From Vicinamibacterales bacterium (lineage in GTDB: Bacteria; Acidobacteriota; Vicinamibacteria; Vicinamibacterales; UBA8438), in the NCBI GenBank assembly GCA_965217045.1, contig OZ244229.1, forward strand, positions 265,768 to 329,767: a DNA stretch of 64,000 nucleotides, given 5' to 3'. Shown piece after piece: positions 8,180-17,980 of the stretch; position 1 is the stretch's first letter, and each line of letters starts with the position of its first letter. The notes under the pieces are model-generated. The model was not told where the DNA came from, did no database searches, and saw nothing but the letters and a program-made list of their open reading frames with translations. The translations under genes were made by a program, and so were the position numbers.

Positions 8180-9952
8180 ATGCACCAGTTCGACCCGCAA
8201 CGGAAGCGCACCGCGGCTGCTCTGGCGGTGGCGGTCGGCGCGGCGGCGGCCGGCATCATGGCGGCTGCCGGCGCGGCGAACCCCGAGTGGACGGCGGCGC
8301 CGGCCGCGGACTTCCCCATGACCGGCGGCAACTACTGGCACCAGCGCTACTCGGCGCTGGACCGGATCGACGCCTCCAACGTGGCGACGCTGGGCGGCGC
8401 GTGGATGGTGCGCCTGGAGGACGGCCGGCCCGGCGGCCAGCTCGAAGGCACGCCGGTGGTCGTCGACGGCGTGATGTACGTCTCGACCGGCACCCGCAAC
8501 GTGCTGGCGCTCGACGCCGCGACCGGCGCGGTCAAGTGGCGGTATCGTCCCGAATCCGCGGCGCCGGGCGGCAACAAGGGCGTGGCGGTGGCCGAGGGCA
8601 AGGTGTTCTTCGGCCGGCGCGACGGCGTGCTGGTCGCCCTCGACCAGGAGACCGGGGAGGTCGTCTGGGAGACGCAACTCACCGCCGAGCAGGGCGCCAA
8701 TGTATCCGCGCCGGCCGTCTACTACGACGGTCTCGTGTACATGGGCACGTCCGGCGGCGACTCCGGCGCGCGCGGACAGATGGGCGCGTACGACGCGAAC
8801 ACGGGCGCGGAAGTGTGGAAGTTCTACACGATCCCCGGCGCGGACGACCGCTTCGCGGATACCTGGGAGGGCGATTCGTACAAGAACGGGGGCGGCGGCG
8901 TCTGGGTCAGCCCGACGCTCGACCCCGAGCTGGGCATGATCTACATGTCGGTCGGCAACATCGGCCTGCGGCAGTACGGCGCGGCCGACCGGAATCCGGA
9001 TTTCCGGGACGAGGGGGAGCGCGGCTTCGAGAACCTGTTCACGGCGTCGGTCCTGGCGCTCGACCTGCAGACGGGGGAGTACCGCTGGCACTTCCAGCAG
9101 GTGCGTCACGACATCTGGCACTACGATGCGGGCGGGCCCTCGGTGCTTGCAGACATCACGTACGAGGGCCGGGAGCGCAAGATCCTCATGCACCCGGGCA
9201 AGACCGGGTTCCTCTACATCCTCGACCGGACCGACGGGACGCCCCTGATCGGGATTGAAGACCGCGCGGTGCCGCAAGCGCCGCGCATGAAGACCTCCCC
9301 CACGCAGCCGTACCCGATCGGCGACCCGTTCGTGCCGCTCTGTCCCGAGCCGCTCGGCGACTACGCGCGCGGCTGCCTCTTCGCGGCGTACGAGGAGCGG
9401 CCGACGCTCATCGCGCCCGGGTCCGCGGGCGGCAACAGTTGGGCCCCGATGTCGTTCAGCCCCCGCACGGGCCTGGCCTACGTCCCCGGCACCATCTTCG
9501 ACTCCCTGTACATGCTGGGCGCCGAGGGCGAGGGCCGGGAGATGCAGTCCACCACGTTCCATCCGGCGGGCGTGCGGCGGGCCGGGACGCTCACCGCCAT
9601 GGACCCGACGACGAACCGCATCGTGTGGCAGAAGCAGATGAGCCATCCGATGGGCGGCGGCAGCGGCCTGCTGAGCACGGCGGGCGGGCTCCTCTTCAAC
9701 GGCCGGCCGGCCGGCAATCTGGTGGCATACGACATCCGCAACGGCGACGAGCTGTGGCGGTTCCAGACCGGGGCCGGCGCCGACGCCGGCGTGTCGACCT
9801 ACGAGGCGGCCGGCGAGCAGTACGTCGCGATCATGGCGGGCGGCAACCGGGTGCTCCAGTCGCAGCGCGGCGACTATCTGTGGGCCTTCAAGCTGGGCGG
9901 GACGCTGCCCGAGGCGCCCGCGCCGGAACCCCCGCCGGCGATTCAGCCCTGA
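8180..9952 (+). CDS. PQQ-dependent dehydrogenase (quinoprotein alcohol/glucose dehydrogenase family)
   Basis: Starts MHQFDPQRKRTAAALAVAVGAAAAG inside ORF 7514-9952. Motifs GGNYWHQRYS and VMYVSTGTRNVLALDAATGAVKW. Confidence 0.85.
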   Translation: MHQFDPQRKRTAAALAVAVGAAAAGIMAAAGAANPEWTAAPAADFPMTGGNYWHQRYSALDRIDASNVATLGGAWMVRLEDGRPGGQLEGTPVVVDGVMYVSTGTRNVLALDAATGAVKWRYRPESAAPGGNKGVAVAEGKVFFGRRDGVLVALDQETGEVVWETQLTAEQGANVSAPAVYYDGLVYMGTSGGDSGARGQMGAYDANTGAEVWKFYTIPGADDRFADTWEGDSYKNGGGGVWVSPTLDPELGMIYMSVGNIGLRQYGAADRNPDFRDEGERGFENLFTASVLALDLQTGEYRWHFQQVRHDIWHYDAGGPSVLADITYEGRERKILMHPGKTGFLYILDRTDGTPLIGIEDRAVPQAPRMKTSPTQPYPIGDPFVPLCPEPLGDYARGCLFAAYEERPTLIAPGSAGGNSWAPMSFSPRTGLAYVPGTIFDSLYMLGAEGEGREMQSTTFHPAGVRRAGTLTAMDPTTNRIVWQKQMSHPMGGGSGLLSTAGGLLFNGRPAGNLVAYDIRNGDELWRFQTGAGADAGVSTYEAAGEQYVAIMAGGNRVLQSQRGDYLWAFKLGGTLPEAPAPEPPPAIQP

Positions 9953-9993
9953 GGCCGGTCGTCGGGACGCCGCAACTCAGAGAGGAACGAACC

Positions 9994-11130
9994 ATGACGC
10001 GAGCGAGACTGGCGGGCGCGGCGGTGGCGGCGCTCCTCGCGGCCGGCGGCGCGCAGCACCTGTCCCACGCAGCCGCGTCCGGGCAGAGCCCGACCCCCGC
10101 GGCCGGCGTGCCGCGGTTCGAGGTGGATCCGACGTGGCCGACCTTGCCCAACGACTGGGTCCTGGGCACGTCGATCAACGTCTCCGTCGACCGCCGCGAC
10201 CACGTCTGGATCATCCACCGCTTCCGATTCGTCCCCGAAGAGGACCGGGAGCGCGCAGCCCCGCCGGTCCTGGAGTTCGACGAGAACGGGAACTTCGTGC
10301 AGGGCTGGGGCGGACCGGCGGACGCGTACGAGTGGCCGGATCTGGAGCACGGCATCACCGTGGACTACCAGGATCAGGTCTGGATCAGCGGCAGCAACCC
10401 CATACCCGCATCCGGCTCGCCGCGCTCGGACGACATGCTGCTCAGGTTCACCCGCGACGGCACGCTCGTGCGGCAGTTCGGCCGCCGCGACCAAAGCGGC
10501 GGCAACAACGACACCACCAACCTGAAGCGCCCGTGCGAGGTGTTCGTCTACAGCGGCACGAACGAGGCCTTCGTGGCCGACGGGTACGGCAACCGCCGGA
10601 TCATCGTGCTGGACCCGGATACCGGCGCGTTCAAGCGCATGTGGGGCGCGTTCGGCAACACGCCGCTGGATCCGCCTCCCGGACGACCGACGCGGCATCA
10701 CGAAGGCCCCGGCCCGGAGCAGTTCGGGACGGTGCACGGGGTGAAGGTGTCCAACGACGGCCTCGTGTACGTCGCCGACCGCAACAACCAGCGCATCCAG
10801 GTGTTCACCCTCGAGGGGCAGTACATCAAGCAGGCGTTCGTCAACCGCAACGAGTCGGCCGATCCGAGCCCCGCGGGCGGGCGGACGGTGTCGGGCATCG
10901 CGTTCTCCGCGGACGACCGGCAGCGGTTCATCTACGTCGCCGACTACAGCAACTCGCACGTCACGATCGTCGAGCGGGACACACTGAAGGTGGTCGACTC
11001 GTTTGGCACCCGCAGCCCGCGGCCCCGCGACTTCGCCGGCATCCACAATCTCGCCGTCGATTCGCAGGGCAACCTGTACACCGCCGAATCCGACCCGAAC
11101 AACCGCGCCCAGAAGTTCGTGCTCCAGTGA
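9994..11130 (+). CDS. secreted NHL-repeat propeller protein
   Basis: MTRARLAGAAVAALLAAGGAQ signal. Repeats VYVADRNNQRIQVF, IYVADYSNSHVTIV and LYTAESDPNNRAQKF. Confidence 0.7.
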   Translation: MTRARLAGAAVAALLAAGGAQHLSHAAASGQSPTPAAGVPRFEVDPTWPTLPNDWVLGTSINVSVDRRDHVWIIHRFRFVPEEDRERAAPPVLEFDENGNFVQGWGGPADAYEWPDLEHGITVDYQDQVWISGSNPIPASGSPRSDDMLLRFTRDGTLVRQFGRRDQSGGNNDTTNLKRPCEVFVYSGTNEAFVADGYGNRRIIVLDPDTGAFKRMWGAFGNTPLDPPPGRPTRHHEGPGPEQFGTVHGVKVSNDGLVYVADRNNQRIQVFTLEGQYIKQAFVNRNESADPSPAGGRTVSGIAFSADDRQRFIYVADYSNSHVTIVERDTLKVVDSFGTRSPRPRDFAGIHNLAVDSQGNLYTAESDPNNRAQKFVLQ

Positions 11131-11249
11131 ACCTGCCGGGCTCGGCGCCGGCGCGGTCCGGTGCGAACCGGTAGCGGATTGACGTAGAGATGCCGCCGAG
11201 GAAGCCGAGGCGGCCGCCAGGTACGGGATACTATCCCCGGAGGTTTCAC

Positions 11250-11753
11250 ATGCAGATATCGAAGTCCCGTTTGCAACGCGTTGTGTCCATCCGGTTCGGA
11301 CTGGCGCTGGCTGTTCTCGCCACCCTGGCTCTCGGCGCAGCTGGCGCGGCGGAAGCGGCACAGTCCTGCAGCAACCTGGTCGCTCCCCAGGACATGGAGA
11401 TGGTCTCCTCGGCCGCGCAGGTTCCGGGTGTCTACATCGCGCGCTTGAACGCCGGCAGCGCCGAGCGCGTCACCGCCCTCTTCGCGGACGACGCCGTGCA
11501 CCGCGGTCCCGACGGACAGATCCGCCAAGGACGAGCCGCGATTCTGGCGTTCTACGAAGGCGTCCTGGCCAGCGGACCGCGGGGGCTTGCCGTGGGCAAG
11601 AGCGTGGCGGACAGCGGTCGGGTGGCCTTCGAATTGATCAATGTGGAGGGGTGCAACGAGGAAGACCCGGCCACCGCGGTGGACCTGATAGACGTCAACG
11701 ACGCCAACCAGATTCAGGACTTCACCGTGTTCTTCCGGCCGGACGGCCGCTGA
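11250..11753 (+). CDS. secreted SnoaL/NTF2-like protein
   Basis: MQISKSRLQRVVSIRFGLALAVLATLALGAAGAAEA signal. The size and the pattern DDAVHRGPDG...GRAAILAFYEGV are typical of the NTF2-like fold. Confidence 0.45.
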   Translation: MQISKSRLQRVVSIRFGLALAVLATLALGAAGAAEAAQSCSNLVAPQDMEMVSSAAQVPGVYIARLNAGSAERVTALFADDAVHRGPDGQIRQGRAAILAFYEGVLASGPRGLAVGKSVADSGRVAFELINVEGCNEEDPATAVDLIDVNDANQIQDFTVFFRPDGR

Positions 11754-11793
11754 CTCGACGCGCTACTCCGATTGACGTAGTCACCGCCGTACT

Positions 11794-11830
11794 CCGGGAG
11801 TCCGCGCCGTTCCACGGCGCGGACTCCCGG
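11794..11830. terminator. 16-bp perfect hairpin between convergent genes
   Basis: CCGGGAGTCCGCGCCG ttcca CGGCGCGGACTCCCGG, lying between the stops at 11753 (+) and 11981 (-). Confidence 0.6.
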
Positions 11831-11980
11831 CCCTCGCGCGCCATCGATTGCCCGCCCCGCACTCGACGTGATCGTGCGGGATCGCGTGGTGACCCAGGGG
11901 GCCGGCTCGGCGAGCCTCGAGCCGCACGGCAAGCTCGACATGGTCTGCATCGGCGCCGACCGTGAGCGAGCCCGCCGCCT

Positions 11981-14844
11981 CTACGCTCGAACCGTCGAGA
12001 TCACGGAACTCGTGCCCGATACCTGGCCCGAAGCATGGCTGCCGCTGATGGCGCCGCGGTTGCGCCCGACCAGGCCGCCGACGTTTTCCGTGCCCGTTAC
12101 GACGCCAGTGACGTGGCTGTCGGTGATAGAGCCCGAGCTCGGGAGCGTACCGACCAGACCACCGACGTTGACATTGCCGGTCACGTTGACGTCGACCAAG
12201 CTGATTCCGGTCAACCCGCCGGAACGCCCAGCGACAGGCGTCCCGACAGACCCGAACAAGGCGACACTACCAACCTGCGTCGGCCGGTTGATGAACAGAT
12301 TGGCGATTGCGTGGCCGTTGCCCTTGATGCTGAACCTTGCCGGGAAGGGGAACCACCCGGCGCCGTCGTCCCAGTAGTCGTCGCCCGCGTCGGCACCCCC
12401 GCTCCCGTTCGTGTCGAAGTCCAGGTCCGCCTCCAGTTCGTAGCCGACGCATCCGTCCGGACATCCCATGCCCAGCGCGCCCTCGGCGAACGCCGACGTT
12501 GCGTAGTAGGACGTCCAGTTCGCGACTCTATCCACCGCACCGTCGGCATCCTGGTCGTAGCGCATGGCATCGAGTTGCGCCAGGTTGGAGATCTCGATAT
12601 AGCCGTCGTCGTCGGTGTCGTAGTCCCGCGTCCCCGGCGTGACCGTGACCGTGACCGTCCGCACCGCGCTCAGCCCATCGGGATCGGTCGCCCGCACCCA
12701 CACCGCGATGCGCCCGGGGGCGAGCGGCGTCAGGGTCAGGGCAGACCCGCTCATGCTGGCCGTGACGTAATCGGGATCGGTCGACAACGCCGTGTAGGTC
12801 AAGGAGTCGGTGTCCGGGTCGGCGAACCCGCTCTCCACGCTCAGCGTCACCGCGTCGGCGCCCGGGGCCAGCGTCGGCACGCTCAGGGTGCCCTCCACGG
12901 TCGGCGCCTCGTTGCGGTCCGCCGCGGCCACGTCCACCGCATCGACCGCACCCGGCGCCATCACGATCCCGGCGCCCGAGTCTCTGTCCACGCCTGTCGC
13001 CTCGATGTCCAGCGCGGACCCGGTCAGCGCCGTGCGAAGGCCCGCCAGCGTGACCTTCGCCGGACCGCCAGCGGCCTCCAGCAACAACGCGCCGATCCCT
13101 GCGGCGTGCGGCGCCGCCGACGAGGTGCCGCAGAACGTCGCGAATTCAGGTGCCGACGTCGAAACGCACGTCGCCGCCACGATGTCCGGCTTCTGTAGCA
13201 GTTCCCCGCCGGTCGACGAGAAGTTCCCGGCTGTAATCGGCGCGCCGTCCGCCTCGAAGAACATCCGGCGCGGCCCGTCCGAGCTGTCCGTCCGGATCGA
13301 CTCCGTGCCATCGAAGACACCGCCGGCTCCGGCAGCGGTGCGAACGTCGACGGCACCGACGGTCACCGCTTTCTCGGCGGCCGAGTGTCTGGCCGGCGGT
13401 CGCGACCGCCAACTGCCCCCTGAACGTGTCGAGACGCAGATAGCGGTTCGCCGCACCGGAGGCCTTGACGACAACCAGACGGGCATCGGCGTGGTCCGAG
13501 GAGGAATTGATGGACTCGATCGGGTCCTGCGAGCCGTCCTGCGAGTTGGTCGAGCTCGCGAGCACGTTACCGTCGGCGTCGACCAGGAAGAGGTCGTAGT
13601 CGTTCGCGGACGCCCCCAGTGGATCCGCCCACTGGAGGACGAGAGAGGCCGACCTTCGTGATCCGGTTCTCTTCCACACCGCCGCCGAAGTCGTGGGCCT
13701 TGCCGACCGAGACACCGTCGACCTCGAAGTCCGTTCCCTCGGCGTAGTCCCCTTCCCAGACCCCCGACGTGCCGTCGTTGAGATTGCCAGCGTTGCCGGC
13801 GGAGGAAAAGAGAAAGCAGCCGTCGGCAGCCGCGTCGTTCACCGCCCGCGCCACGACGCCGTCCCGAAAGACTGGTTCGAGAAAACAGAAGATGTCGTCG
13901 ACGATGACGTCCGCGCCGGCAGCGCACAGGTCCTCGATGTTCTGCGCCAGCCGCGCCTCCCCGCCACGGCCTGTGGCGAAGTACAGCTCGGCGCCCGGCG
14001 CGAGATCGTGGGCGATCTCGAGCATGGCCGTTCCCTCGTCGCCGCCCTGGCCCGTTACGAGACCAGCGATCGACAACGGCCCGCCCTCCTGTCCGGGCAG
14101 CACCGTCACCTGCGAGGGCAGATCCCCCGACGCCTGACGCTCGGCGAGGGTCCTGACACCGTCCGAGATCACGCCAATCCCTATACCGGTGCCGTCGACG
14201 CCGTATATGGTGCGTGCCAGGTTCGACCGGTGGGCCATGTCGCCCGCCGAGGCGTTGTCCTTGCGAGTTATCGCTTGATCCGGCATGCCCCTCGCAGCGA
14301 GCGGGGCCGCCGACACCTGAGCTGCCGTGCTCGCCTTGTCCGCCGGCCGGATCGCACGAACCGCGTCCAACGCGGCCAGGCGCTCGATGGAAGCAATGGG
14401 AAGCAAGGCCCGGACGGACCGATACCTGGGTACGCTGTTGACGACCGAGCCGCCCAGCTCACGGATGCGCGCCAGCACCGCTGGTGTGACGTCGGCCCGG
14501 ATGTCCACCAGCACCCGGCCGCCCCCGGCTGGCCCGTCGGGAACCTGCTCGACAGGCTCTACTTCCTCCCGCGGCGGCCGGCGCGACCGCCGCGGCGCCT
14601 CGGCTGCCGCCAGCTTCAGCAGCCCCGAGCCGACCTTGCGCTGCGCGGGTGTCCGCTGCGCCTTTGCGGGCAGGAGTGCGGCGATCTCAGCGCGCGCTCG
14701 CCGTGCAGCCGCCGTCGGTGGTGTTGCTTCCCCCCGCACGCCTGCGGGTACCGGGCGGCCCGGCTTGGCTGTGCCGGACTGGGACCCGAGGCTCGTTGGA
14801 GTGACACCAGGCTGCGTTCCGCCGCCCACCTCTGGTAGCGGCAA
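11981..14844 (-). pseudogene. S8 (subtilisin-like) serine peptidase with C-terminal GLUG-type (GGLVG) repeats; two frameshifts
   Basis: Three consecutive frames carry one protein. 14844 to about 13645 holds GIGIGVISDG and the propeptide-like region. About 13645 to 13380 holds LQWADPLGASANDYDLFLVD. About 13380 to 11981 holds GTSSAAPHAAG (catalytic Ser) followed by GGLVG repeats. Confidence 0.75.
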
Positions 14845-15448
14845 GATGAAAAGGACTCCTCACCATTTTGCAAGTGTCTTTTTGCGTCGTCGTGACGGCG
14901 GTCGAGATGGGCGTGAGGTGACGGGATGGCGCATGGACGCTGCCGTCGCCGTGGACGCAAAGAACGCGCCCACCGCGCCTTGGACACGCCGCAGACGACG
15001 TGCCCACAGCGCCCACGAGCCGTTTCGTCATCGGACTCGCCAAGGCGTGGCGAATGTCGATCGAGAGCGTGTGTTACGAGTTCACGCGGTGACATTTCCT
15101 GCACGGTGCGGGTCGAAGCAGGTGCCGTCGCGGAGCATGGCGCAGGCGACGTTGAGCAGGCGGTCGGCCACTGAGCGCAGGGAGCGGGCGTGTCCATGGC
15201 CGCGGCTGCGCAGCGCCTGATACTTGGCGCGGCTGACCGGGTCGCGGTGGGCAGCGACGCGAGCCCAGTGGTAGGCGGCGTCGCGCAGCCGGTCGTGGGC
15301 AGCCAGGCGGCGCACCACGAGCAGGCTCTTGCCCGAACGCCGGGTGACCGGCGCCACCCCGCAGAGACAGCGAAGCGCGGCGTAGTCCCGCCGCCGCAGC
15401 GCGTCGCTGAGGTTGCCCCGATCTCGTGGACAGGTTAAGGCTTTCGGT

Positions 15449-16414
15449 TCACGTCATGGTGTGTACATCAACATTGATTCCTGTGGTCGGTGTGGATCCC
15501 GTGCGCAGCGCGGGATCCAACGGACTTGTGGGCGCCCGTAGGGCGTCCACAGGCCGGGCACCGTCCACAGCGCCGGCCTGATGGAGCCGTTCGAACTCCA
15601 GTGGCGCCCGGTAGCCGAGCGCGGAGTGACGCCGCCGTGTGTTGTACCACCCCTCGATGAACTCGAACAACGCCGCCCGTGCTTCGGCGTGCGTTGACAG
15701 CGTCGTTCGGTCGAGCAGCTCGCACTCCAGGGTCGCGAAGAAGCTCTCGGCCATCGCATTGTCGAAGCAATCGCCGACCGAACCCATCGATAGCGCGACG
15801 CCCCGTTCCCGGCAGCGAGCGCCGAAGGCCAGCGAGGTGTACTGGCAGCCTTGGTCGGAGTGATGGATGACCGCCTCGGGCCGCCGTTGCGCCACGGCCA
15901 TCTCCAGCGCCTCGACCACCAGCGCGGTGCGAAGATGCCCCGCCATGGCCCAACCGACGACGCGCCGGCTGAACACGTCGAGGACGATGGCCAGGTACAG
16001 GAAGCCGGCCAGGGTCGGGACGTAGGTGATGTCGGCGACCCAGAGCCGGTTCGGCGCGTCCGCCTCGAAGCGCCGCTCGACCCGATCCGGGGCCGGGCGG
16101 GCCTGGGCATTCCGGCGTGTCGTGCGAGGGCCGCGGCGCCGGCTCACCCCGGCGACGCCGACGGACCGCATGACCCGGGCGACCCGCTTGCGGCTCACCG
16201 CGACACCGCCCTCGGTCAGTTCGGCGTGAATCCGAGGAGCACCATACGTCCCTCGACTCCGGCCGTGAATCGCCTGGACGCGAGCCCGGAGCTCGGCATC
16301 GGCCCGTGCCCGAGCCGACGGAGGACGACGACGCCACGCGTAGTACCCGCTCGGGGAGACACCGAGCACCCGGGCCATCGTGGCGACACGGAAACGAGCC
16401 TGATTCGCGCTCAT
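15449..16414 (-). CDS. IS3 transposase OrfB (rve integrase core)
   Basis: ORF track. Motifs WVADITYV, HSDQGCQYTS and NAMAESFFATLECEL. Confidence 0.9.
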   Translation of the reverse strand: MSANQARFRVATMARVLGVSPSGYYAWRRRPPSARARADAELRARVQAIHGRSRGTYGAPRIHAELTEGGVAVSRKRVARVMRSVGVAGVSRRRGPRTTRRNAQARPAPDRVERRFEADAPNRLWVADITYVPTLAGFLYLAIVLDVFSRRVVGWAMAGHLRTALVVEALEMAVAQRRPEAVIHHSDQGCQYTSLAFGARCRERGVALSMGSVGDCFDNAMAESFFATLECELLDRTTLSTHAEARAALFEFIEGWYNTRRRHSALGYRAPLEFERLHQAGAVDGARPVDALRAPTSPLDPALRTGSTPTTGINVDVHTMT

Positions 16415-16719
16415 GACCCGGTAGGTCTCCCGGGTCGGGTCTCCCGCGCGAACCAGGCCGTTGCCTTTGCCAATATCTCTCGCTCTTCGCGCAGGCGCCG
16501 GTTCTCCCGGCGCAGCCGGCGAAGCTCTTCACGCTCCTCCGTGCGCAGCCCGTCGCTGCGCTCGCCCGCATCGCGGCCCACCTGCGCGACCCAGGTTCGG
16601 ATCGCCTGGGACGACGGCTCGAACTCGCGAGCCAGGTCCTCCGGCGCACGTCCGGACCGAACCAGGTCGACCATCTGTTGCCGGAACTCCGCCGCGTACG
16701 GTGGTCTCGTCTTCGGCAT
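16411..16719 (-). CDS. IS3 transposase OrfA (HTH)
   Basis: MPKTRPPYAAEFRQQMVDLVRSGRAPEDLAREF... with a leucine-zipper-like tail. It overlaps orfB by ATGA. Confidence 0.85.
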   Translation of the reverse strand: MPKTRPPYAAEFRQQMVDLVRSGRAPEDLAREFEPSSQAIRTWVAQVGRDAGERSDGLRTEEREELRRLRRENRRLREEREILAKATAWFARETRPGRPTGS

Positions 16720-17980
16720 CGCGGATACTCCTTCTCCCCCCAAGAGGATAGGTGTCCACGAAACCGGGGCAACTTCATCGCTACCCTCGGCAAGCAGACA
16801 AGCGAGGACGCCGGTGCCGATGCCGGGCAGCGATAGCAGGATGGCCGCGTCGGGCGGCGGTGGCGACGGCTCTGGCTCGCTCTCGGCGGGCGCGTCCGGG
16901 TCTTCCGCCGGTGCGGCCTCGGCGAGCTGGTGCACCAATCGGTCGAGCTGGCTGCGCGTGCGCCAGTTGCCGGTTGACCAGTACGAGGCGTTCGGCGACG
17001 AGCCGCACATGCGCGGCGGCGGCCTCGGCGGCACCTGGCGCGACCCGGACGGCCGGCGCCCGCAGCCGGTCACACAGCGTCGCGGCGTCGACCCGGCGGA
17101 TGCGGTGCTGTTTCAACAACTTGGCGAGCGTCGCTTCGCGAACGCGCTGCGCCGCAACCGGCGTCGGCAGGCGCCGCCACAGGGCGAGCGCCCAGGACGC
17201 CGCGACATCGTCGCTGGTCGCGGCGAGCAGCTGCGGGTAGTAGCGCCAGAGCTGCTCGCGCATCCGGTTCGCCTGGCGAACGCGTTCCCGCGTAATCTCC
17301 TCGCTCAGGCGCGACCACTCCCGCAACTCGACGATCGCTGGGTCGGTCGGCTCCAGCCGCCGCAGACAGTGCGGGTCGGTGCGTAGCGCCGAGGCCAGCA
17401 CCCGCGCATCCCGTCGGTCATCCTTCGCCCCCGCCGGCGAGATGCGGTCGCGGAAGCGGTCGAGCTGCTTCGGATTGATCGCGTGGACAGCGAAGCCCCG
17501 TTCCATCAGGCTCTCGACCACCGGCCCGCGCGGTGTCTCGATCGCCACGCCGACCTGCTCCGCCTTACCCGCCGTAAAAGACAGAAGCCAGTCCGCCATC
17601 TCCGACAGCCCCTGGCCGCCATGCTCGAACGCCCGCTCGCCGAGCAGCTTCCCGGCAACGTCGCTTACGCACGCTTGGTGCGTCTGCGATCCCCAGTCGA
17701 CACCCACGAACCAGGCCAGCTCCACATCGAACCTCCTATCTGCCGCATTTCACGGGCGCGCCAACGATGCCTGCCGGTCCCTGTACTGGCGCTCGATGGC
17801 GCAAACTCCCCACGGGGCATCCATCGCTGGCTGAACGCCGGGGCACAAGTCCTTTTCAAGTGCTCGAGACACAGGGACCCCTCGGTGGCTCCCGGCGGCC
17901 TGCCCGACTCCGCGAGATTTGAGATTTACCCGCGCGAAGTCATTGAGAAAGGTACAGGGACCCCGTGGCCACTTGAAATG

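Larger units (their letters stand above)
15408..16777 (-). mobile_element. IS3-family insertion sequence (IS407-like by its 4-bp TSD)
   Basis: The inverted repeats are TGAGGTTGCCCCGATCTCGTGGACAGG (15408 rightward) and TGAAGTTGCCCCGGTTTCGTGGACACC (reverse complement ending at 16777). The 4-bp duplication TCGC is at 15404-15407 and 16778-16781. Copy B at about 18535 shows the uninterrupted target GCGTCGCTACCC. Confidence 0.9.
15082..17725 (-). pseudogene. IS110-family DEDD transposase, split by IS3 insertion (fragments 17725-16778 and 15407-15082)
   Basis: The N-terminal 314-aa ORF (16781-17725) and the C-terminal 91-aa ORF (15082-15357) match residues of the intact 423-aa copies. Confidence 0.9.
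14854..17980 (-). mobile_element. IS110-family element, copy A (about 1753 bp plus an inserted IS3)
   Basis: Nearly identical to copy C. Right end GACTCCTCACCATTTTGCAAG at 14854. The left end ...GTGGCCACTTGAAATG at 17980 directly abuts the right end of copy B. Confidence 0.85.
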
